Source: Pseudomonadota bacterium
GTDB lineage: Bacteria > Myxococcota_A > UBA796 > SXON01
Assembly (NCBI GenBank): GCA_030684355.1
Contig: JAUXTN010000002.1
Span: 28,069 to 92,068, forward strand
Direction of reading: 5' to 3'
DNA: 64,000 bases
Shown: in pieces, positions 25,710-34,096 of the stretch
Numbering within the stretch: the stretch's first letter is position 1
Layout of the letters: each line of letters opens with the position of its first letter
Notes under the pieces: generated by a model
Told to the model about the DNA's origin: nothing
Seen by the model: only the letters and a program-made list of their open reading frames with translations
The model's database searches: none
Made by a program: the position numbers and the translations under genes

Positions 25710-26446
25710 AGGCCGTGATCCTCGGGGGAACGTCGGGCATGGGGCGCGCGATCGCGCGGCAGCTCGCGGAGCGGGGGGACACCGTGTTCCTCCTCGGGGT
25801 GGGGGAGGGGGATCTGGAGCGGAGCGCCGCCGACCTGACCGCCCGCCACCCGGCCAACGCCGCCGTCGGGTTCGCGATTTGCGACCTGGAGCGCCCGGAC
25901 GGGTTCGCGACCGCGCTCGACGCCGCGGACGCCGCCCTGGGCAACTTTGACAGCGTAATCGTGACCGCGGCGATGTTCGGCACCCAGGATGCCCTGGAGG
26001 CCGACATCGAGCTCACGCGGCGGCTCCTGACCGTGAACTACGCGAACACCGTGGTGTTCTGCGAGCACGCGCGGAAGCGCCTCCTCTCGCGCGGGGGCGG
26101 GCGCCTGACGGTGTTCTCCTCGGTCGCGGGGGACCGCGGCCGCAAGCCCGTCGCGCTCTACGGGTCGAGCAAGGCGGGGCTCTCCACCTACCTCGAGGCG
26201 TTGGATCACAAGTTCCATGCCGCGGGCCTGTCGGTGTTGTGTGTCAAGCCCGGCTTCGTGCGGACGGCGATGACCGCGGGGTTGAAGCCGCCGCCGTTCG
26301 CCGGCGAGCCCGACGCCGTCGCACGCTCGGTCGTCCGCGCGATGGACCGCCGCCTCCCGATGCTCTACGCGCCCGCCATCTGGCAGCTCGTCATGCTGGT
26401 GATCCGCTGGCTGCCGCGGTTCGTCATGCGCAAGATCAACTTCTAG
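25706..26446 (+). CDS. short-chain dehydrogenase/reductase, DprE2-like
   Basis: ATG overlaps the upstream stop (ATGA 25706-25709). 'MKAVILGGTSGMGRAIA' (TGxxxGxG), 'YGSSKAGL' (YxxxK). Membrane-proximal C-terminal helix 'IWQLVMLVIRWLPRFV'. Confidence 0.75.
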   Translation: MKAVILGGTSGMGRAIARQLAERGDTVFLLGVGEGDLERSAADLTARHPANAAVGFAICDLERPDGFATALDAADAALGNFDSVIVTAAMFGTQDALEADIELTRRLLTVNYANTVVFCEHARKRLLSRGGGRLTVFSSVAGDRGRKPVALYGSSKAGLSTYLEALDHKFHAAGLSVLCVKPGFVRTAMTAGLKPPPFAGEPDAVARSVVRAMDRRLPMLYAPAIWQLVMLVIRWLPRFVMRKINF

Positions 26447-26546
26447 TGCCGCCGCCCCGAAGTCTCTCGCCAGGGCGCGAGAGCCTTCGAGGGGGCGCGT
26501 TGCGGCCGGCCGGTTGCCAGGCGCATCGTCGTCGGCCCGACCGCCC

Positions 26547-28439
26547 TCACTCGCAGACGGCGTCGCTCCACGCGTCGACGTTGTTGCCCTCGTCGCACTC
26601 GAAGAGCATGCCCGCCAGGGTGGCGTCGGCATCGGCCACGGCGAACGGCTCGGCGCCGCCGAGGGCGCTGGCGTCGAGCTCGAAGAACAGGGCCTCGCCG
26701 GTCTTGCCGGAGGGGACGGGGAGGGTGGTGTACTGGGTTGAGAGGACGGCGCCGCTCGGCCCCGCCCGCACGCTCACGGGCAGGCCCGCGGGTGCCTCCT
26801 GGTTGCCGGCGTTGGTGAGCCAGGCGCCCACGAACACCACGCCGTCGGCGCACTCGGTCTCGCACACGTCGAAGATCTCGGCCTGGACGTCGAGGTACTC
26901 GCCGGGCGGCTGCCCCACGTCCCCCGAGCGGAAGCTGTTGTGCTCCGGCCAATTCGGGCTGGCGGTGACCGGGATCTCCCCGTGATCCCCCACGTTGGTG
27001 ATGGAGTATCCGTGTTGGTTCCAGATCTTGCGCCCGGCCGGCCAACTGTCGTCGGCGTCCCCGTAGACGGTGAACGACTTGTTCCACGAGCAGTGGCCCA
27101 CGACGATCTCGACGTGGCCGTCGTTGTCCACGTCGGCGACGACGGGGGTCTCCACGATGGTGCGGCTACCGTGCTCGTCGGAGTCCATCTTCACCGCGCC
27201 GTCGAGGCCGGAGAAGAACCGCACGTTGGTCTCGTCGGCGTAGAGCACCTCGGGGTAGCCGTCCATCTCGAAGTCGAAGAGCACCGCGCCGGCCGCGCCC
27301 GAGAAGTCGTCGACGCTCGCCTTCCACTTCTCGATGCCGCCCCACTCCATCGCCACGAGGTAGCTCTGCGCGGCGAACACGATGTCGGGCACGCCGTCGC
27401 CATCGAGGTCGTCGACCGACGGGGGGCCGACGTTCACGCCGTAGTAGCCGTAGTTGACGGGGCCCCAGACCTCCGTGCCGTCGGACTCCATGCCGGTGAT
27501 GAACCAGCCGCTCGTCTTGACGATCTCCCCCTCGCCGTCCCCGTCGAAGTCCGCCACGGCGATGAGCCCGTCCCGGCCGTCGTTCTGCCACTTCACCGAG
27601 CCGTCCGGGTTGTACGCGGCGTTGCCGGTCACGAGCTCCTCGGTGCCGTCCCGGTCGAGATCGACGGGCACGGAGAGCGCGCCGTAGCTGATGCCGTAGG
27701 TGGAGTCTCCCTCGAGATCCGCACCGCCGATGCCGAGGCGGCCGCGGCCGCGCAGCGAGCCGTCGTGGTTGAGGATCACGCTGCCGACGGTCACCTCGGG
27801 GTGGCCGTCGTGGTCCATGTCCGAGATGGAGGGGTGGTTGTAGCCGAGGGCGTCCACCGAGGAGCTGACATTGGGGGAGGTCCAGACCACCGCGCCGGTG
27901 CGGCCGTCGAGCGCGCGCACGTTGCTGACCCCCCCCACGACGACCTCGGGCCAGCCGTCCCCGTCGAGGTCTCCGATGGCGAAGCCGCCGTCCTGCCCCA
28001 TGCCGGTGTCGGTCTCCCAGTAGACCCCCGAGTTGTCGCCCTTCACGGCGACGACCCGACCGCCGTCGGTCCCGGACAGCCCGCCCTGGAAGATGACGAT
28101 CGCCGGCATGTCGCCGTCGTCGATGGCGCCCGACGCGTTGCTGTCGACGATCTGGCCGACGGCCGGGGGCCCGCAGAACGAGGTCGTGCCGTAGTGGTAC
28201 TCGACCACGGGGGTGAACGTGCCCGTCTGCAAGCCCACGTCACACTCGGTGTTGAGCGCGACATCGTGCGGCGAGCCGGTGAGCCCCTCGCAGACCTCCG
28301 AGTAGTCGATCTCGACCGGCGGCACGGAGCCGCCGGCGGTGTCGTCCGCGCCCTCGTCCTTGTTGGTGTTCAGGTCGTAGTCCTGACAGGCCGAAGCCAG
28401 GGGCGCGGCGAGGAGGAGGAGGAGGAGGACAGGGCGCAT
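26547..28439 (-). CDS. FG-GAP/VCBS-repeat (integrin-alpha-like beta-propeller) lipoprotein
   Basis: 'MRPVLLLLLLAAPLASAC' is a lipobox. Repeated 'GDLDGDGWPEVVVG', 'DMDHDGHPEV', 'DLDRDGTEELV', 'ADFDGDGEGEIV', 'DDLDGDGVPDIVF', 'FEMDGYPEVL', 'ADVDNDGHVEIVV' calcium-binding FG-GAP motifs. Confidence 0.85.
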   Translation of the reverse strand: MRPVLLLLLLAAPLASACQDYDLNTNKDEGADDTAGGSVPPVEIDYSEVCEGLTGSPHDVALNTECDVGLQTGTFTPVVEYHYGTTSFCGPPAVGQIVDSNASGAIDDGDMPAIVIFQGGLSGTDGGRVVAVKGDNSGVYWETDTGMGQDGGFAIGDLDGDGWPEVVVGGVSNVRALDGRTGAVVWTSPNVSSSVDALGYNHPSISDMDHDGHPEVTVGSVILNHDGSLRGRGRLGIGGADLEGDSTYGISYGALSVPVDLDRDGTEELVTGNAAYNPDGSVKWQNDGRDGLIAVADFDGDGEGEIVKTSGWFITGMESDGTEVWGPVNYGYYGVNVGPPSVDDLDGDGVPDIVFAAQSYLVAMEWGGIEKWKASVDDFSGAAGAVLFDFEMDGYPEVLYADETNVRFFSGLDGAVKMDSDEHGSRTIVETPVVADVDNDGHVEIVVGHCSWNKSFTVYGDADDSWPAGRKIWNQHGYSITNVGDHGEIPVTASPNWPEHNSFRSGDVGQPPGEYLDVQAEIFDVCETECADGVVFVGAWLTNAGNQEAPAGLPVSVRAGPSGAVLSTQYTTLPVPSGKTGEALFFELDASALGGAEPFAVADADATLAGMLFECDEGNNVDAWSDAVCE

Positions 28440-28669
28440 GCGACGTCCAGGGCGGCCCGCTGGTTGTACAACCGTCCGCCGGGCGTCGCCATGGGCGCGC
28501 GGGTGTTGAGCCGGGACGCCCGTTGACTTGAGGAGATGATCGCGAACGTGATGCGATGGTTTCTCACGCCTCGCCCGAGCTCATCGCGTTAAGCAAGCGG
28601 CCCCAACATGCTGTTCACGCTGCGGAGGCGAGCTTGCGCATGCGTTCGCGTGACACTGGTGCTACCCCG

Positions 28670-29074
28670 ATGAATGTCGGGGATCGAATCCTCGAGGTCG
28701 AGCTCGGGCGAGAGGTCGCCGTCGGGACCACCGTCGAGACCGCCGGCCGCATCTTCCTCACGCTCCGGGCGCGCCTCGGGCGCTGGATCGGCGTGGACGC
28801 CTTCGATGCCCTGATGGATCGCGCGATCACCGAGGGCCGCTCCGTCCACGCGGTCCTCGCCCGTGCCCGTTGGATACCCGACGGCAACCCCCCGCTCTCC
28901 GGCCTCGACCTCCCGGACACGCCGGAGGCCACGGCGAGCCTCCGCGCCGCCGTCGTTGCGATCCTGGACAAGATCACCGCCCTGTTGGGACGCTTCATCG
29001 GCGACGACCTCGCCTCCCGCCTGGTGATGCAAGACTGGGAGGCCCCGGGAACCGGACCTCAGGAGGATCCATGA
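28670..29074 (+). CDS. hypothetical protein, first gene of the KaiC-like module (134 aa; starts at 28556/28640 possible)
   Basis: Normal composition. Stop overlaps the kaiC-like ATG (ATGA 29071-29074), and AGGAGG for the next gene lies inside its 3' end. No KaiA/KaiB similarity that I can recognise. Confidence 0.6.
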   Translation: MNVGDRILEVELGREVAVGTTVETAGRIFLTLRARLGRWIGVDAFDALMDRAITEGRSVHAVLARARWIPDGNPPLSGLDLPDTPEATASLRAAVVAILDKITALLGRFIGDDLASRLVMQDWEAPGTGPQEDP

Positions 29075-30747
29075 AGGCAGGCTCCGTGACCATCCGCAAC
29101 GTGCCGACGGGCGTACCGGGCCTGGACGAGATCCTGGCTGGAGGCCTCCCGGAATTCTCCTTCAACCTCGTGGCGGGCGAGCCCGGCGCGGGAAAGACCA
29201 CGCTCACGCAGCAGATCGTCTTCGCCAACGCCACTGTGGAGCGGCCGGCGCTGTACTTCACGCTGCTCGGCGAGCCGACGCTGAAGCTCCTGCGGTACCA
29301 GCAGCAGATGAGCTTCTTCGACCGGGGCCGCGTCGGCTCCGCGGTGCAATTCATCAATCTCAGCGAAGAGGTCCTCCGTGGCGACCTGGGGCTCGTGCTC
29401 GACCGCATCGCGGCCGAGGTCGAGCGCGCGCGGCCCGGCGTGGTCGTGGTGGACTCGTTTCGCACCGTCACGGGCGGCTCGCAGGAGGGGCGCGCCGATC
29501 CGGCGCTCGAGCGCTTCATCCAGGGGCTCGCGCTGAAGCTCACCAGTTGGGAGGTCACCTCGTTCCTGGTGGGCGAGTACCAGGAGAGCGAGCTGCGCAA
29601 CCCGGTGTTCACGGTCGCGGACGGGGTGTTCTGGATGAGCCAGTCCGTCGACCAGAACTCGGTGGTTCGCAAGATCCGGGTCGTGAAGATGCGCGGGCGT
29701 GCCTCGATGCCCGGCCTCCACACGATGCGCCTCACCTCGGACGGCGTGCAGGTGTTTCCGCGCACGGTCATCCGCGCGCCCGCGGTCGAGGTCCGGCGGC
29801 CAAGACATCGGCTCTCCACCGGCATCGCCGGGCTCGACGACATGATGGGCGGCGGAGTCCCCGCGGGCGACGCCGTCGTGCTCGTGGGGCCCACCGGCAG
29901 CGGCAAGACGGCGTTCGCGACCCGCTTCGCGGCGGCTGGCCAGGAAGCTGGCGAAGCCTCCGTGATCGTCGTCTTCGAGGAGCATCCGAGGGACTACGTG
30001 GCGCGTGCGCGGCTGTTGGGCCTCGATCTCGAGGCGATGCAGGCCAGCGGGCTCGTCCGCCTCGTCTACCTGCGCCCGCTCGACCTGTCCCCGGACGAGG
30101 TGCTCCACGAGGTCCGCACGCAAGCCCGCGAGATCTCCGCGCAGCGGGTCATCATCGACTCCCTCTCGGGCTTCCGCACCGCGCTCGCCCCGACCTTCCG
30201 AGCCGACTTCCGAGAGTCGCTCTACCGCCTCGTCGCCGCGCTCACCGCCGAGGGCACGACAGTCTGGATGACGCTCGAGATGGAGAGTGACCGCCCGCTC
30301 GCGTTCACGCCCCCCGAGGTGGCGTTCCTGTGTGACGACATCATCGTGCAGCGCCAGGTCGAAGTCCAAGGGAGGCTCCGCAACGTGCTGGCTGTCGTGA
30401 AGATGCGAGGCAGCGCGCACAGCCACGAGATCCGCGAATACCGGATCTCGGAGGAAGGCGTGCGCATGCTGACGACGACGCCCGAGTTCGAGGGCGCGTT
30501 CACGGGCCGGACGAGGCTCCGCAGCGCCAACCGCACCCTCCCCGGGCTGACCCGGCAGGAGCACGCGGTCCTGCGCGCGCTCGAGGAGGAGATCGCGTTG
30601 ACGCAGGTCGTCGCGGCGACGGGGCTCGAGGCCGCGGTAGCGGAAGCGGCGTTGCGGCGGCTCGTGACGCTCGGGTACGCCATCGAGCGGACGCCAGCGG
30701 ACGGGGCACCCCACCTCTTCCGGGGGGCGGCTTCGGCGAGGACATGA
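29071..30747 (+). CDS. KaiC-like double RecA-fold ATPase with C-terminal winged-helix-like extension (558 aa)
   Basis: Two halves, each opening 'GVPGLDEILAGGLP...GEPGAGKTT' / 'GIAGLDDMMGGGVP...GPTGSGKTA' (Walker A). 'VVVVDSF' / 'RVIIDSLS' (Walker B). 'VVKMRG' occurs in both halves. Tail 'LTRQEHAVLRALEEEIALTQVVAATGL...LVTLGYAIERT'. Confidence 0.85.
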   Translation: MKAGSVTIRNVPTGVPGLDEILAGGLPEFSFNLVAGEPGAGKTTLTQQIVFANATVERPALYFTLLGEPTLKLLRYQQQMSFFDRGRVGSAVQFINLSEEVLRGDLGLVLDRIAAEVERARPGVVVVDSFRTVTGGSQEGRADPALERFIQGLALKLTSWEVTSFLVGEYQESELRNPVFTVADGVFWMSQSVDQNSVVRKIRVVKMRGRASMPGLHTMRLTSDGVQVFPRTVIRAPAVEVRRPRHRLSTGIAGLDDMMGGGVPAGDAVVLVGPTGSGKTAFATRFAAAGQEAGEASVIVVFEEHPRDYVARARLLGLDLEAMQASGLVRLVYLRPLDLSPDEVLHEVRTQAREISAQRVIIDSLSGFRTALAPTFRADFRESLYRLVAALTAEGTTVWMTLEMESDRPLAFTPPEVAFLCDDIIVQRQVEVQGRLRNVLAVVKMRGSAHSHEIREYRISEEGVRMLTTTPEFEGAFTGRTRLRSANRTLPGLTRQEHAVLRALEEEIALTQVVAATGLEAAVAEAALRRLVTLGYAIERTPADGAPHLFRGAASART

Positions 30748-33173
30748 GCACCAACGCGGGCCCGGGCGAGCGATTGGTAGCAGCCCAGGTCGCCCTGCAA
30801 CGAGACACGGGGCTCGCGGACGAGAGCCAGGTCGCCGCGCTGGAGAACCTGACACGCGTCGCGGTCCAGGCCATGCGTTCCGCGTCGGCGTTCGTGTCGA
30901 TCGTCGGCGAGCGTGACGCCTTGTTCTTCTGCTCCACCGGCGTTCGCCCCCCCCTCGGCCCCTCCTCCGACGCCTCCCCCTCGCTCGGCCGGCACCTGCT
31001 CCAGATCGGCGGGCCGGTCGCGTTCGCCGATGTCCGGGAGGACAGCGCGCTCCGTGACGCGTGGGAGGTCGCGCTGCTCGACGCCGTCGCGCTCCTCGCG
31101 GTGCCCCTGGTCGTCGACGGGGTTCCCCTGGGCGTCCTCGCCGTGGTCGACAGCACGGCGCGCCAGTGGACCGGACACGACGAGCGGGTCCTCATGGACC
31201 TCGCGGCGATCGCCACGCACCAGATCGCGCTGTCCCGGCGCGTCCGGACGGCGGCCGTGCGGGAAGCGGAGTACGCGGAGCGGGCGCTCCTGGAGAGTCA
31301 CAGCCGGTACCGCGCGCTCGTCGAGTACTCGCCGGATGCGATCCTCGTCGTGCGTGACGACCTGATCGCGTATGCCAACCCGGCGGCCGTGCGCCTGACC
31401 GGGGCATCGTCCGCACAGGCCTTCGCCGGGCTCCGGGCCGAGACGCTCCTGGTGCCGCCCTTCCTGAAGGTCGTCCGTGCGGGAATCCTCAATGGCGAGC
31501 CGGCGCCCAGCATCTACGCCGACGAGGAGCTGACCTGTTTCGACGGGAGGAAGGTCCAGGTCGAGGTCTCCGCGTTCCCGTTCCTCTCCAACGACCGGCC
31601 GGCGATCCTCCTGAACCTGCGGGACGTGACCGAGCGCCGCCGTGCGGAGGTCGCGATCCGCCTTCAGGAAGCGCAGTTGCGCCTCCTGGTGGATCAGCTC
31701 CCCGTCCTCGTCTGGGCCACCGACGAGAACCTGCGTGTCACCTCGATGCAGGGGGCCCCGGTGGGGGACCTGCCGTCGCCGGCGCGGCTGGACGGCCCCG
31801 TCGAGGAGCTCTTCGGCCAGCGAGACCCCGACTCCGCCCCGCTGGCCGCGCAACATGAAGCCCTCGCGGGGGCCGAGGTTGCCTACCGCACGCGCTGGCA
31901 TGATCGCGTGTATGACGTGCTCGTGCGTCCCCTGCGTCGTGAGGACGACGTGCTGGTCGGCACGGTGAGCGTCGCGATGGACGTGACGGAGCAGGTGCGG
32001 CTCGCCGAGGAACTCCGGGAGGCCCATCACCTGGCGCTCGTGGGACAGATCGCCGCGGGCGTGGGCCACGAGATGAACAACCTCCTGGGCACCGTGCTCG
32101 GCATCGCGTCCGTGGTGGCGCTGTCCGAGGACGCGTCTCCCAGTACGCGCGCGGACCTCGACATCGTCAAGGCCACCGCCCTCCGCGGCAAGGAGATCAC
32201 CTCACGCCTGCTCGGCTTCGCGCGCGAGGGGATGTACCGCCGGGCGCCGATCACCACCGCGGACATCCTCTTCCGCGTCGCCGAACGGGTGCGGGAGTGG
32301 GGCCCCACGATGAACGTGGTAGTCGACGTGCCGCCTGCGCTGCCGAACCTCGAGGGGGACGAAGAGCAGGTCGAGGCCGCGCTCATGAGCCTCTGCGAGA
32401 ACGCGCGGGATGCCATGCCCAAGGGCGGGACGCTCACGATCTCGGTGTGCCGCGAGGCCCCGGGCCCTCGGGCCGGTCCGGACGCCTCCTCCCCCGTCGG
32501 TGGGTGGATCCGCGTGGACATCGCCGACACGGGCGTTGGGATGAGCGAGGAGGTGCGCAAGCGCGCCGTCGAGCCCTTCTTCACCACGAAAGCGGTCGGA
32601 ACGGGTGTGGGGCTCGGGCTCTCGATGGCGTACGGCGTCGTGCGGCATCACGGCGGGGAGTTCGTGGTGCACACCGCGCCGGGGGTCGGCACCACGGTGA
32701 TGGTCTACCTGCCCGTGCCGGGAGCTCTCGTCGCGGTCCCCGACGTGCCGCGCGAGCCGCCGGTGGCGGTTGCGCCGGAGCGCGGGGGCCTCGTGCTGGT
32801 CGTCGACGACGACGAATGGGTCCGGTTTTCCTCGCGCCGGCTCCTCGAGGCCATCGGGTACGAAGTGGCGGAGGTCTACGGCGGCCCCGAGGCCATCGCG
32901 CTCTACCGTCTTCGCGGCCCCGAGATCTGCGCGGTGCTCCTCGACATGCGCATGCCGCGCATGGACGGCGCGGAGGTGCTTCGACAGTTCCTCGAGATCG
33001 ACCCCGACGTGCGGGTCATCCTCTGCACCGGATTCGAGCGGGACGAGGTGAGCCAGGGGCTCTTTGGCGAGGGGCACGTCGGCTTCCTCGGGAAGCCCTT
33101 CACCGTCGAAGAGCTGGCCGTGCAGCTCGGCATCCATGCCCGTGTGGGGCCCAAGCCGTGTGTGGTGAGCTGA
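30744..33173 (+). CDS. hybrid sensor histidine kinase (GAF - PAS - PAS-like - HisKA - HATPase_c - REC), 809 aa
   Basis: ATG overlaps the kaiC-like stop (ATGA 30744-30747). PAS 'YRALVEYSPDAILVVRDDLIAYANPAAVRLTG'. H-box 'IAAGVGHEMNNLLG'. 'DTGVGMSEE...GTGVGLGLSMAYG'. Receiver 'LVLVVDDDEWVR...VLLDMRMPRMDG...GKPF'. Confidence 0.9.
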   Translation: MSTNAGPGERLVAAQVALQRDTGLADESQVAALENLTRVAVQAMRSASAFVSIVGERDALFFCSTGVRPPLGPSSDASPSLGRHLLQIGGPVAFADVREDSALRDAWEVALLDAVALLAVPLVVDGVPLGVLAVVDSTARQWTGHDERVLMDLAAIATHQIALSRRVRTAAVREAEYAERALLESHSRYRALVEYSPDAILVVRDDLIAYANPAAVRLTGASSAQAFAGLRAETLLVPPFLKVVRAGILNGEPAPSIYADEELTCFDGRKVQVEVSAFPFLSNDRPAILLNLRDVTERRRAEVAIRLQEAQLRLLVDQLPVLVWATDENLRVTSMQGAPVGDLPSPARLDGPVEELFGQRDPDSAPLAAQHEALAGAEVAYRTRWHDRVYDVLVRPLRREDDVLVGTVSVAMDVTEQVRLAEELREAHHLALVGQIAAGVGHEMNNLLGTVLGIASVVALSEDASPSTRADLDIVKATALRGKEITSRLLGFAREGMYRRAPITTADILFRVAERVREWGPTMNVVVDVPPALPNLEGDEEQVEAALMSLCENARDAMPKGGTLTISVCREAPGPRAGPDASSPVGGWIRVDIADTGVGMSEEVRKRAVEPFFTTKAVGTGVGLGLSMAYGVVRHHGGEFVVHTAPGVGTTVMVYLPVPGALVAVPDVPREPPVAVAPERGGLVLVVDDDEWVRFSSRRLLEAIGYEVAEVYGGPEAIALYRLRGPEICAVLLDMRMPRMDGAEVLRQFLEIDPDVRVILCTGFERDEVSQGLFGEGHVGFLGKPFTVEELAVQLGIHARVGPKPCVVS

Positions 33174-33280
33174 GAGCCTGACCCGAGAGCCCGCTGCACG
33201 CCTCCGGCGCCGGCCGTAAGCGCCCCCACGCGGGCCACGCCGCGATCCCTCGCCGCCGCCTTGCGTTCGTACGTTTCCGG

Positions 33281-33943
33281 ATGCCGACCCCGTTTCCCTT
33301 CGCGGCGCTCCTCTTCGACCTCGACGGCGTGCTCGCCGACACCACGCGGCTCCACTTCCGGGTCTGGGAGGCCTTCGGGCGCACCCACGGCCACGAGCCT
33401 AGCACGGCGGAGCTGCTCGCCACGACCGGGCGGCGGGGGATCGAGGTCCTGCGGGACTGGTTCGGAGACAGGCTGTCGGAGGGGCAGGTCCTGGCCTGGA
33501 CCTTGGAGCGGGAGGCCTTGTTCAAGCGCTTCGTCGCGACGCATCCCGTCACCCAGATCGCGGGGGCCCGGGCCTACGTCGCGGCCGTGGTCGAGGCCGG
33601 GATCCCGCGCGCGGTCGTGACGAGCGCGGTCCCCGGGAACGCCACGATCTCGCTCGCCCAGGTCGGGCTGGAGGGCGCGTTTCCCCTCGTCATCACCGCG
33701 GCGGACGTGATCCACGGCAAGCCGAGCCCGGAGCCCTACCTGAAGGCCGCGGCGCTCCTGGGGGTGCCGCCCAACCGCGCCCTGGTCTTCGAGGACGCGG
33801 TCGCCGGCCTCCGCGCCGCCCGGGCCGCGGGTGCGCGCTGCGTCGCGCTGACCACGTCGTTCCCCGCCGATCTGCTCGCCTGTGAGCAGCCGGACTGGCT
33901 GGTCCAGGACTTCACCGATTTGCCGGCGGAGCTCTGGCCGTAG
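33281..33943 (+). CDS. HAD-superfamily hydrolase (beta-phosphoglucomutase-like subfamily IA)
   Basis: Motif I 'LLFDLDGVLADT', motif II 'VVTSA', motif III/IV 'GKPSPEPY...VFEDAVAGLRAARAAG'. Confidence 0.85.
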   Translation: MPTPFPFAALLFDLDGVLADTTRLHFRVWEAFGRTHGHEPSTAELLATTGRRGIEVLRDWFGDRLSEGQVLAWTLEREALFKRFVATHPVTQIAGARAYVAAVVEAGIPRAVVTSAVPGNATISLAQVGLEGAFPLVITAADVIHGKPSPEPYLKAAALLGVPPNRALVFEDAVAGLRAARAAGARCVALTTSFPADLLACEQPDWLVQDFTDLPAELWP

Positions 33944-34096
33944 GAGCGCCCGGTCCACGCCCCCGGAGGCGCCCCGTCCGGCACCCGGGCGGGCACCCGG
34001 GCCTGCACGAGGCGCGAGGTAGCTCACCGATCCGCGGGACCGGAGGCGCGCGGGCACCCCGGTTCGGGGTACACGGGGACTTCACGAGCCCCCACG

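Noticed and set aside
28670-29074. Small ORF upstream of the KaiC-like gene as KaiB or KaiA
   Set aside because: I see no thioredoxin-like KaiB pattern or KaiA-like helical dimer motif in the sequence. It is left as hypothetical, which is part of why the module is interesting.
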